NCBI GenBank assembly: GCA_002633005.1
Contig: NMRA01000013.1
Location: 1,612,185-1,676,184, forward strand
Source: Phoronis australis
Lineage: Eukaryota > Animalia > Phoronida
DNA: 64,000 nt
Reading direction: 5' to 3'
Below, one piece after another: positions 49,122-62,500 of the stretch. Position 1 is the first letter of the stretch. Every line of letters begins with the position of its first letter. The notes under the pieces are model-generated. The model was not told the origin of the DNA, did no database searches, and saw only the letters and a program-made list of their open reading frames with translations. A program made the position numbers and the translations under genes.

Positions 49122-52100
49122 CTACTTTAAATAACTTTTCTCTTAGTTCCTTGGCTACAAATGACAGTATGCAATGTAAGTTTTTACCAGGAATCCAATT
49201 TCAAAAGTCAAAAGCCATTTTGGTCCACAATATATCAATTGATTGTAGAAAATATTTTACTGGTGTAAAATCATCCTTATCACAGGAAGTGCTCTAGTCT
49301 ACAAAAAAGGACCTTAGACTGACGTTTCTTATAAACTGTGCCCGGGCAAGACTTCTTGGTTACAATGTTTCTTGTAAAAATCTATCGATGAGGTGCACGG
49401 CAAGCCGAGTTTCTCATGCTGCACGATGTCACTCGTGCTAGTCGTAACGGAGAGTGAGCAGTCCAACCATGCCAGTTCTTTGTTGCCATGGGTGGTAGGA
49501 TTACAAGCTAGTGCTCAATTAGTGTACTTCTGCAGTGGAAGCTTATTGTTCTGGGTTGATGGGCATATCTTGTTCCAGTGCTCCTTTGTGTGCTATAGCT
49601 AATTGTAGTCTGAACAACATAGCCAGAAGTTAATGTAACCAAATGCAAAGCTGGGGGGTTGTTCAGTCCTGCATTTTTTAAACTCATTTTTAATACAAAA
49701 GGTGCAGCTTTGCAGTTACTATAAACAGCAATTTGATGTTGTGCACTTCTCATGATAATAAGGAGTGGGAACCAATGCTCAGTGATAACTGGAACAGAAG
49801 CAAATTGAAAAATTTCTGCACAACTGCATCAATAATGAAGTGTAGCAACACACTTTTACCTTTAAGGTTATCCAATCTAATATTATTCTGGTATATCAGC
49901 TCCTTGAACTATCTTTGAATCATGATGGCTTGGTTTCCCAAGCAAAGATGGGATAACACCACATGGTCTTTTGATTGTAAATATCGGACAATCCAGTTGG
50001 ACTTTTCGTCGAGAACGGGTTAGTTCAGTTGCCATCAACTAGGAAATATGGAACAACTTGCCTTGTGGGTATATCCTGGGATAAATATTTTGTAGTCTCA
50101 CGGGGTAAGCTCTGGGTGAAAGTTGTTGCATCCAGTGTGATTAATGTTGGCATGGTAAAATTTCAGCAAGTAGGGACAGAATATGGCAGATGAGTGACCC
50201 GTTTCCATAAGTTTTTTGCAGTATAAAATATTGATGGATGCACCAGTAAACAACACAGTAGCAGTGGACACATGATGAGAAGACTGAAGGTCACCCCAGC
50301 CTCTCTTTGAAAGTCACTTGAGGAATAACTTAATGTAACTTTCAGAGCATTTTTACACAGTATACCTAATCTGTGCTTACCACTATCTAACACCTGTAGC
50401 CTTGACCAAAAACTTCTCCAGAACTTTTGATAATTTGAATAAATGTTTTATCATTTTTAACTTTTATATATCAATCAGATAATGTTTTGAGGAACAGAAC
50501 TAGCAACAATATTAGAAGATATTGATTAATGGAAAAACTGACAAATTTGGCAATCTTTTTGTTTGATATTTCAAAGGGTGACATTTCACTATATGTCAAC
50601 ACTCACAATTTAGACTTTCAAAGCAATTTCATGGAGCATAATGCAAAATGACTGTGATGCTAACATCAGGCACTTCTCTAGTGGATTATAAACTGAACAT
50701 GCTCATGTGGAAACGATGACTTGTTTTGTTAAGCTACTCTTTCTCAGTACCATGAGCTTAATTACGAGTCATGTCAGCCACCAATCAACGACTTGCTGTT
50801 TGCTTTGGACTTTCAACTGGCCTCACGGAGTAGCGTCATTTACTCTAGATGTTTAATACACTACATTGGGTTATGGTCTTATTGGCGCATTAATTCTTAT
50901 TTATTATGTTGGCATTTAATCAGTGATGGCTTTCATTAATTCCTGCCTTCTCCATTCCACATCAATCTGGATTGTGTCCCCTTGGAGACTCCCATATTCA
51001 TTTTCCAAGAATGAACCCCCAGGACCCCCTGACTGGTGTGGGCCAGTCCCTATTGATTAATGATAGTTTAACATTAGTCCTTGGTGCATCCTTGTGACAT
51101 GTAATCTTGAGCAAATTTACTTATGACCTCAGATAGCTATGCACACATTGGTACTTTTTATCACAACTGAAAATTAAAAACAAGTCTGCCCCATGGAGCG
51201 AAATAGTCCTTTTATCTCTGTTGCGTAACCCCAATGGTACTTTCGTATGGAGGTGGATGAAGTTCATTGAAGTTCAGTGTTAACCAATATCTGTTTATCA
51301 GCTGATAAAGTTGTAGCCTGTAGTAAAATGTGCTTAAATCACCATGTTGGCCTATATTTCGCAATCCTTTTATGAGTTACTCATCCTTGAATACCATTGA
51401 AAGCCCATTCATAAATCTCAGTGTGTCCTTCTGATTGGCTGGTTTTATTTGACAAGTAAATGGTTCACTTCCTGGCAGAGTTTCCAACCAGTTGGGTTAC
51501 TACTGGATTATGTGTGTCCTACATTTCATGTGAAGTTGTAAAGCATGATTGTCGATATTGGTAGTGATAAAAGAAAATCGTGATAATAAAATCTGAAGTA
51601 AAAGAATAGTAATTTTGATATTAATTCTAGTTGCTTATGAAAATTATGAGTGTCAATCATGTTAAACATTGGATTTCAGCCTGTAGGCCTATCATAGCGG
51701 TCTCAACAACAAAAATCAACTTGGGTGTTGTTACGTCTCATTTAATCATCTCCTAATATGGTAAAATATCACCAGCATTAACTTACTCATAAACTGTGAA
51801 CAAAATCCCACAGATGCTATTTGCATTTAGGCGGGACCTGATTGTCATAGCGGCCCCTCAAATCCCTGACATACACCATAAGTAGACTGTTTATTGAAGT
51901 TTTTACCTTAGGCAAACATTTCCTGTCCAGGGTTATGCTGAAAGTGGACTGTTACTTTGTGAATGTTTCAACTCATCAGAATGAGTAAAGTTGTTAAGTT
52001 CCAAGTTATTTAAGTTACTTTTGACACAATGTCAAACAGTGGCATTATTCAATTTGTGATTGGAAACTCCTTGTTCCACTGAGTCTGAAAGTGTTTCCAC

Positions 52101-55100
52101 TGAGGATTGTGAAGTTTTATTACACTTGCATGTAGTGAATTTATGGTCTGCACTGTATACTACTGGGAACCCCCCCCCCCCCATGAAATGCCCATTGAGT
52201 TAAAAAAACAAACACAGTGTGGGTGAACTAACCTAAAATTAAAAAGCACAGTTTATGCAAAAGACCGCTGTTATTTTCACATCAGCTGAGGCTATCATTT
52301 TCCGTTTACACGGTCCTCTTTTCTAAATAAACGCCGGGGCGTCTTATTTGAAAGGCCTGAATATTCTCATTTTCGGAAGATACGCCCATGGGCTTATTTA
52401 TGGAAAATCCCGTTCTCAGTCCAGGTTCAAACAAGAATGATTGCCAAAATTGCTGATTTTTCTTTATTGAAAGTCCCTGCATGCATAGGTCAGACTTGTT
52501 GTTAGATATTGGTCACTATCAGTTGTACTCCATAAATAACAATAAAGACCTAAATTCAGGAATTTTTACCTTAAAAATTTCTACCTGCTTTTTGATGTTA
52601 GAATTTTTGATATAAAGTCACCTCCTTGTACTGAACTTAGTTGAAATTAAAATCATCCCTGTTAAGGAGAGGGTTGTTTTTCAAAGAAACTTGTCTATCT
52701 GGTTTATTCCAACGGTCTTTTTTGTCCAGCATCATCCACTATCACCTTCCATGCTGGAAGCAGTTACAACTGGAGTCATTGCACAACTGAATCATTGTGT
52801 AATGTGGTTACTGTAAAGTTACTCTCTTCACAAAAGGAACTTAGATTAGCGTTGGTGATAGTACACTGGGATGCCTGCACTGGTTCTTGTGACCTGTCTA
52901 TGAAGGAATTACAAGGCACCTGAACCCGACCCCCCAATTTTTCTAATGGGTCTTACTATGTGCCAGTGTCAGTAGGTGGGCAAAACCTCATGTCCAGTTA
53001 TTTATTCACAAATTGAATGCTGAATCTAGTTTTGGGCAGATCTGAGTAGATTTAGAGCTTCCTGTTTTGTCCTGACGAGACTGATAGCATCTAGAATAGT
53101 TTCACTGCACCCCTAGTTTCGAATCCCTCACAAGTATTTCAAGAATGTGATAACACCTTCAGTGGTCTCTCAGGTTCATGTGACAGGATGTGACTCCTGC
53201 TGAGCCATTAACTAGGTCGTGCGCTTGGCTTGGTTGTTGCATTCAGAGCTGTTCTTTTGTTGTCAAAAATGAAAATATGTCTGTCTTAAAACTTCGATCC
53301 TGTAGTATGAAATATTTGATTTTGGTGGATCAGTATCAATCACAAGTTTTATGACACCTGTTCCAGTGAAAAATTTTGTTTCAAAGTGATACAAATGTAC
53401 AACAATATTATTTCTCTTTTACACCTGATTGCATGGCTATTTGTTTGAGATTTTCAATGCGCAGCATGTTTAATTCTAGAAACTTAATGCTGAACATTTT
53501 CCTTTAACAATGTTTTTCCGTTTCAGTTTCAATGCTTTCAGGTCCACAATAGGTGTCAGGATATTAGGTTAGGTAATTGACAATTAATTGACAGTATTAC
53601 TGGTTTAATTTTTTAATGTGTTTACTGTAAAGTTGCCGGAAGCTTACACTGTATGAGTGGGCGTCGGAGCGTTAATAAATTGGCAAGTCACGTGATCTGT
53701 GTGGCGTCTTATCACAACTGGTGTCTGGTATTGTCCGATACAAGTTTTTTGTTGACATAATTTAAGACGATTAATAAAAGAGTCTATGTTTGCCAAGATG
53801 GACCCGATGTAGAGCGAGCAGGGTATTTTTATGAGACCCGTGTTTGATATTTTGTTGTATGACTATTTGTTGTATTAATGAAGGCGGGTATTTTTATGAC
53901 GTTTTGCGCCAGGTGAACAAGCAAACTATAGAATAACTTTATAAATATTACAACATTATGTTCCAATGAATGTTCTAAGTCAATAGTATGGGCGATCCCA
54001 CAGTATTTGTCTCCTCCGTTGCAAGAAAAAAATATTGAGTAATTAAGTATCAATTGGTCTAGTTCAGTGTATAGTTTTTGTCGCTTTATGGTGAAGATAT
54101 GACAGTCTGACCTCTTGGTGGAGTTTAATAAAAATGATTGCTACTGTATTTTTCTGTGTTATGGATTGGGGAGGAGACAAATAGTCTGTGGAATCGCGTG
54201 TGTGCTCTTAACTGCTTTTGTGGCCTAAATTGACCCTGAACTTTGTGACACAAAGTTGAACTGAATATGTGTTCAGTTATATTTTAAATTTTGTATTGCC
54301 CGTGAGTGCTGCTCCCGCAACATTTATTCATGCTGTACAAAAATTTGAATGCCAAGACTGTTGTGTTTCTGACTACGGTGCTGTGCGCAGTGGAAACTTT
54401 ACCATAAGTCGTATTGTTTCGTAGTACAAACCAAGGTAATAACGGGTTGAAATTTTTAAAACTATTTTTTGAGAAAATAAACGAAATGAATGCCCACCTC
54501 ATATTTTGTGTACAGTAGGGTAAAATGACTGTATCCGGGTGAGTGCATACAGTGTACCATGATTTTCAGTATAGCTCTTGAACTCTTTTAGTATCATGAT
54601 GAAGAATTGAAATCTGTGTAATAATTGTGTTGATATTTGGTGAATTGCATTGTTTTCACTGTGCTCCTTCACACTCCCATTCAGGTAAGACCAAAAAAGA
54701 AAGTTGGCTTTACGGCGGGGTCTCTGCTTTGTTTTGGACAATTGAATAAGTGGTGCAGTATTTTTTAGTGGCTCACATCTATCTCAATGAGGTGAACGAA
54801 AATGATGCGGGATTTTTTTCTTAATCATCTCTTGGCAAATCAAACCTCGATTATGTGGCTTTGTGGAGCTTTTCAAATAAAACCAAGACTTTGGTTGAAG
54901 CTGATATGGGCAAGTAGTTTTTCTTCCATTCATTATTGAGTCAATGAGCCCCTATCTCAAAGTGAGTCTGGGTTAGAGAGCTGAACCAGCAATGGTTTTT
55001 TGGCCTATTATGAATTTTCCTGGAAATTGCTTATTGTATCCTGTTCTTGCATTTTATCTGTGATGTACACGGGGCATAAAAATATGTTCACATGAATGTA

Positions 55101-56074
55101 TGTAACTGTGTTGAAATATTAGATGTGCGAGGTTTATTTCCATGGCCTTGTAAAGATACTAGTGTACACAAACTGTTCTTTCCCCCTACACAGTGTTTGA
55201 GTACCTGTAAACTGAGTGATCAGCAATATGACTACCTAAAGGCAGCCTAGCCTGAAATCACCTACCTGTCAAAGAAAATGTACTATTAGGGTACTTTGAA
55301 TGGTGGCTAAAATAACAACTTTACATAATCCTCTGCAACCTTGATTATAGGTAGTGGTATGTCATTAGGGTTTAACTGTATTCATCACCTGGCAGAATAA
55401 GCACTACACACAGAACAGCTCTCAATGTTGAGATTGTTAATATAAGACATAGTGAGGGAGCCCCTGGGGACACCCAGTTAGGGTATCTTATTGCAAAGTT
55501 TCCTGTCTCCTATACAGTTGCAGCATGAAGTATCTAATGCCAAAATGAAGTCGTAAAGCCCTGAGGACCTTAGCACAGGGTGTTTTTAAAATGAACCTGA
55601 TTTGAAATTGATTTATTTTGGCAATGCGAATTATTGTATCAGTTCTGCCTGCAGGTGAGAAGTGCAAAATAGATCTTTATAAGACAAAAAAGCAAGGCCG
55701 ATCCTGGTCATTTTGAGACTTGAAATCACATGGACCGACATGACTAAAAAATGTCTACTCCTATCAATTTCAGTCAAGGTTTTGCATTTTTTATGGAAGA
55801 GCTACACAAAGGCATGTAAACGAGAGTAAGCAAGGTTTGAAATGTCATAATTTACCAAGTGGTGAATAAAAAATCCCACGTCGTTTTTGCTCGTCTTTTC
55901 ATGTTTGCAAAAGTGAGCCACTAAAATACACCGCATCGACTACATTTCAAAATAGAGAAGACCAGAGCCGCTTATATTTTTTGCCTTGCTACTCGTTGCA
56001 CCCGAGACGCACACACTGCTAATGACTGGTCAAATTGAGTGGCAAGACTCAAGGTTGAACAAATCGAGTTAGCG

Positions 56075-56562
56075 TGAACAGAATCCTACATTGACACCCC
56101 AACCTTTGACACCGTAACCTTTGACACCGTAACCTTTGACATCCTAACCTTTGACACCCTAACCTTTGACACCCTAACCGGTGGAGATTTAGGGCAACTC
56201 AACCGGTATGCATAGTCCTCGGAAATTTCCCAGTTTACATCAAAGACACCGGTGCTTTTGCGGTTAATTAAATCACCTCAGGCTGCTGATGTTATCATTT
56301 TCTGGGTAATTAGACTCTTCATAAACGCATTTGGGGCACAATAGTATTTTTAAATTTTGGTTTTGAAAGTTTGTAAATGGCTATTGGAATAGTTTGGCAG
56401 CATGTGATTAACATTGACTTTTACAACCTAAAATGTTTTAATTTTGCTATACTATGTTCCTCATTAATTCTGGGTGTGCAACATAATTGGGCTAATTGCC
56501 AAATCACCAGGCAGCAGTTGGATTTTGAGGTAAGACAAGTATCATGATTGTATAATTCTTGG
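56075..56562 (-). repeat. Same unclassified family, copy 3 (inverted), containing a 15-bp tandem expansion
   Basis: gcagcagttggattttgaggtaag, cctcaggctgc and gaatccta are reverse complements of motifs in copies 1 and 2. Confidence 0.75.
56091..56179. repeat. Minisatellite, ~6 x 15 bp (aacctttgacacc[cg]t)
   Basis: Directly visible tandem copies. Confidence 0.95.
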
Positions 56563-59500
56563 CATGCACCGGTGGATTCAGAAGGAATCAGTGGACTCTG
56601 TTTTGTCCAGGTACACTTAGCATGTCTACTCGCATCTAATTCTTTAATCAGAAAACAGTTAGTGTTCCAATGCAGAGCATGTAAAAATATGTTTTTAGAA
56701 ATAATTTAAATTTTTTAAATTTCTTGCAGTATCTGGTATAACAGCGAGGGCTGCATTTCGCCCTGTTCACCAACTTTACTGTGTTGAGTTGATGATGGTT
56801 TTGATGTCATTGTTGGGAATGGAAATAAAATCCTATCGTGGTGGTTATTATTATTATTAGACCGATTTTATGAGAGTGAATTGGGCCTAATTTGGTTTTC
56901 ATTTGTGCCAGTGTAATATCGAGAAATGCAGCTTTAGTTTTAACTAACTTCCCAATAAAATTTCCAATGATCAGTGGGTTAGTATGTACTGACTGAGAAC
57001 ATTTTCATTTTTGGTAATTTTTGCGGAGGCAGTAACTATTTTGCAGTTAAAAAGTTCTTACAATTTGAAAGTTAATCATGGTTCAAATCAATAACTCAGA
57101 GTAAACTTGATCCATTTGTGATTTGAAGCACCCTGTATTTTTTTATTTGGTATGTTTTTTCCTGATCATAACAGTTTGCATGTGAGTTGTTTGCTCTGAT
57201 CCAGCAGGTGCTTTCAACCAAAATAACATTAAAAGTTCTTCAGTTAGCTGTATGTCACAGATACCATTGCCTGTTTCTCCCTGCCGATGTTCAGCCTTTT
57301 GCCAAACATTGTTGGATGACATCTTCCACTCTGTGCATTCAAGCCAACTGACAGATTTTATTTTGTTGAGAAATTTTAAAAACAAATCTTTGCATTTTTG
57401 GCATGCTGTACCCTACTTCAGTTGAACTAGAATATTTACCATTATACATCAAAATCTCACCAATTTATTATACAATATGACAGACAAATGAAATTTGCTT
57501 TTTATAAAGGATAATTAGCAGCAAATAAGTACTTAACCATTTATGAGTTTGATAACATAGCCAACACATCTGACAGTGCTGAGAAATTCTGGGCATTCCT
57601 AATGATGTTTGAAGGTCTTTAAAATTAATATGAAAATATGATCAAATTTGGAAATTGTTTTTGTGTAAAATTAATAAGATTTTACCATTCTTTTGGAAGA
57701 CCCCAGTTCATCAGATTGAAATGAAGACTGATGTAAATGTTTGCGGAACCCAATAATTTTGGGTCAGTAAGATTAAATTAAATTAAATTAACGTTTGAAT
57801 TAAAATTGATGAACCGTCAAATATGTGCATTGGGTGGCAAGTATTTGCCATTGTGCAACGGAGTAATACCTTTCTGTGAAATACTACACGGACGATACTA
57901 ATAAAGCAGCTTTAAGACAGCCCTTCAGAAAAAGACTCTATAGCATTTGACACTGTAAATGAAACAAAACTACACTGCAATTATAACCACAAAATGTAGG
58001 TACAGTAACCGAGATGGATTAACAGATGATATGTACAATACGATAAACGAAATAATAGACTTAATAGACTACAGGAACAATTATTAAAGTATTTCGCAGT
58101 GTTTAAGGCTAATTCGAAAACTTGTTGAACAAAAAATATGTTTTGAGACTGAGACTTGAAAATACTGAGTGGTTCATGGGTATTGCCTTGGGATGTATTG
58201 GCAGAGAATTCTAAAGGTTGCACAACCAAGTTGGATATTGACTCATAAACTTATTTAAGGTTATGTAAGACCCAGGAAAAGTGTTTGGCATACTTAGGAA
58301 CATCATATTTCAGAGATGTCAGATCGGATTCATTTGAAAGTTTTAGACACCGTGCTTTATGCAATGTTCTTCAAAATGAACGGTGTAAGGAATAGTTTTG
58401 TATCTATTCCTCTAAAGCTTAATTGCATGACAATGGGTATTTTATGAATAAACTCAAAACTTGAGCAAAATGAAACTGGGATCATAATTTTGAAAATAGT
58501 AACAGCGTTTTTGAGATTTAATCTTGAACTATCAAATGGAATTTATTCACATTCTTGATACGTTGCTTTGCTATCAATGTATTTTTGTTTATTCTAAATT
58601 TGATTAAAAACACATGAACTCCTGATCCAATTGGTGACTGGCTTTCTACTTTCCAAAAACAAATACTTTTGTTGGGTTAAAATCTGTAGTTTTCTGCTGT
58701 TTTGGCTAAATGTAGGGACTGGACAATAAGGTCTCAATAAATACAGTTGGGACTCTTTTAATGAGACCTGCTTTAGCCCAAACTTCTCGGGCAATTTATT
58801 TTTATGCCCGAGTTTCACGTACTGTAGGGCCAAACAATATGCAGGCTGGGATGTTGATTTCCTGTACAAAAAAGCCGTCTTTAGGTGCAGCACTATTAAC
58901 AATGCAATTTTGCATGTCAAAATGCTAAAATTAATCCCCAACTTTCTTCATTACAAGTCAGGCGGATCTCCACCATTCAATCAAATTTTTTGCCAGTCAC
59001 GCACTCCCTCATTATACATTATCCCTGTTTTTCTTGATTACCTGGCCTCATGATGTGCGTGGGTGTTTTCCTGTGTCATTCATTATACCTGGTCGGGTAC
59101 CTGGCAGTAACTGGGTCAGCGATTAAGATTCGGTGTTTCAATTGGGTTATCAGATGTTGTGCAATCGCTTTTACCTGTCATCAAAACAGGATTTCTCAAA
59201 GTGCACCTGACCGTCTCTTGAGTGTGCAGCAATATGTTCTACCTTTGGCTGAAGTAGTCAGTTGTGACAGCATACTCTTAGATGATATCCCATTACTCGT
59301 CTATTTGTGGGCACGTCAAACCCTGGGGTTGTTTTCCCCTTTCCCAGTTTATGCCAGGCACCAGTTTTAACTGAAAAGTTGAAGAGAAATTTTTTTGGCA
59401 ATTAACGAGAAATTTAAGGAAGAAGCAATCTCGTTAAATTTTGGAATTAATGCCCGGTACAGTAAAATTTCACGAATTTAGGACACACTATGGCAGACAA

Positions 59501-62500
59501 GGGAAATTTAGATTCCTTAAAGGTATTCATCACCAACTAAATGCTTTCATCATCATTTATAGTACAGAAACTATTAGACAATCATGAGAAATTCATTGTG
59601 GGCTGAGGTAGTTTTGGAAATTGTCCAAAATTGGTGAGATTTTTCCTTAAGTTAGTGTTTGGTAATCATTTTGACGTAAAGGAACAAAAAATTCCACTTG
59701 TCTAGGACAGTATTTTGCTGATGCTATGGTTTGAGCTAAGTTTGATAAGTTAGAAAAGTAGTGTTTTAAGATGGTTACTGTAAGATAAAGTAATAATGTA
59801 CAAATTATATAAATTTTCTAACATATCAAAGGGGAGGAGGAAGGGGGGGGCAAACTCTGAAGCACAAATACTGAACCGGATTATATAATTCTAATACTTT
59901 CAGATGTGATGAAAGTAATGAGAAGTTACTATAATTATTCTTCACACATTACGGGAAACAGGAAATTTAGATGTATGCGTGCCGACTGGGGTAACGCAGG
60001 TTCTTTAACTAACTCAAAAAGGGGAATAACCGCAGCAACTGTTTCTCTTGTCCCTGTTGGCATGACAAACTTGTTAAACATCAAGATGGTCCATGTGGGT
60101 CTGCATCAATTGATCAAAGTTGTTATCTGTCATGTCAGGTCACATGAATCTACTTAAGGTTGTCTATTTATAGAATAATAGACTAGTGAGCTGATTTGTT
60201 GGAGGGGGTTTGTCCTTCATGTATGTGACTACAAATCATTATTTAAGGACAATTGACCTTGGCTCTGTACCTTTAAAGCTAAAAGGTTGAATGGCATTCC
60301 TAATATGCACTGTTCTATTTAGTTGAGTTGATGTTTTACTGGTTGATTTCCTGTGCTTATTCATTTTGATCTTTCGAACAAGTATTAATTCACCTGACCA
60401 CTGCTTGTTGACAAACACCTCCATAATCGTCACTCTCAAACTCATCAAATTATCAATTTCGTGATCATTAAAGATTCTTCAATTTGATAAAAAAAATTGT
60501 TAAAATTGCCATATTTCTATTTTTCAGAGGCTCACCACATTTTTGCAGATGCTTAAAATGTTACGAAATCTTGTTTGATCATAAGCTAGGCTATACAAAT
60601 GGCGCTAAAAGAAAGGCAAATTTTCCTGAAAGGTTATTTTTCTTATTTTGTTAAAACACAATTTCACCTGCCTGCCATATTGTGTCCATACAGAAATTTT
60701 TATTTTCGGGAGATTCATCTTCTGTTGATCAGTCCAATATTCTGTTGTTAAGAAACTGTGGAATTTTAAATCTGTCAGGGAATTAAAAGTTCCCTGATTG
60801 ACTTTTCTAAGTGTCCAAGACTAGATTATCAGAAAGGCTCCCCCCACATCACAAGCCCCCCCCACTTTGTCAGGATTATGGATTATGTATAAATACTCTG
60901 TGACAGATGTGCATATCAGACATGCAATGACTTCAGTGTTGGTAGTGTCTGAAGAATTATTATAACTAGTTGCTTGCATATACTATAGGTGAAAATCAAT
61001 TTATGAATAAGAGTTATAGTGTAGAACTTAACACCACTGTGGCGGCTACATAAAAATGACTCAACTTCAACAATAACCTGAATTTAACGGTCAGAAGCGA
61101 TGTTCTCTCTGACAAATCCAAATTGGCAGTCCCAGTCTCTGCAGTCAACAACTGACCAGAACGGCCAGAAACAACACCGATTCAGCTGATCTGAGTAACA
61201 CAGTGTTAACATTGTAAGCCAGCATCTGTCATGTTGAAATATTTTGTTTTTATAGAAATCACCTAAAACATTCAAAAATGTCTCTTTAGTATGTGAAATA
61301 TACCAAATGGATGAAAAAACACCTTCAAGAAAGCTAAAATTCACTTTTATAAATTACTTGAAACTTTGACTCAGAAGGTTAGAAGACATGCCAGTTTCAG
61401 ATATACAAACTTTTTTGTTTTTTCAATATGACAAAAATTGTCATATTTCAAGTTTTGAACATAACTGTTGTGACTCCTGACGTACAGAATAAACCCACAT
61501 GTTAACAATGAAAAATAAGTCTTTCCCTTCTATTTTTGTTAAAAAAACTACTTTTTGGTTGCATTACGTGCCAAACAGGTGAACAATTATTCTCAGTGAA
61601 ACTCACAGTTGGTTTTTGGTTTTCACAATTTAGGTTTCCAAACCGAATGCACAAGGAGACAAATGAAGCAAAACAGTCCAGTGCTGCTTGTCATGTTTCC
61701 TGAAATGGTCTTGGATGATTTGTTGCACATTTTGTCTTTAAGCTATACTGAAACTTTCCTAGACTGCTTACCTAACACTTACTAAGATAAATAGTGTAGA
61801 AGGAAAATAAACATATTGCAGTGTTTCCAATAACACATGATCCCTTTTAGTTTGCCTAGTAATTATTACTACAATATTTTTATGGTCACTGTAATCTTTT
61901 TATCCTGCTGTTCCTGTTGATCTACCATGTAAACTGTCAACCACCTCGCTGTGGTTGTTGTTGATAAAATAATTGTGGTATTACCTTCTAATTCATGAAC
62001 CACAGATCCTGGGATTTGCTTGTGTATGTAACCTCAAGAAATTCCCCATTGGTAGCTGCTGATGTCACTGAAGGGTCATTTGCCCCATCTTGGGGGTACT
62101 CCCATAGACTGAAGAGCTGTACATTAATTGTTGTCCTGAGGTGGGTGGCTTTTTCATTGACCGATTTCCTTGTGAAAGAGTGCCCTTTTGACCAAAATTC
62201 CTCCTCCAAATGCAAAAATCTAAAGAAGGTTTTTTAACATTATAATGTTGAACTTTGGTTGTAAAAGAGATACAGTGCTCATTTTTCAAAACTTGAGTTC
62301 TGTCGTTATAGTGTGCAAATAGTGCATTGTCCCTATTAAGCCCAGTTAGGACTTGCTCATGAAGTATCTTTCACAATTCTACTCCCTCAGGGTGCAAACC
62401 TGAATTGGTTTGTTGGTTAAACACCAGTGGTATAGCCACAGTGGGCTCAATGGGCCAAGGCCCCGGTTTCTGTTCAATGCAGAAATTCCCTTTCCCAGTG

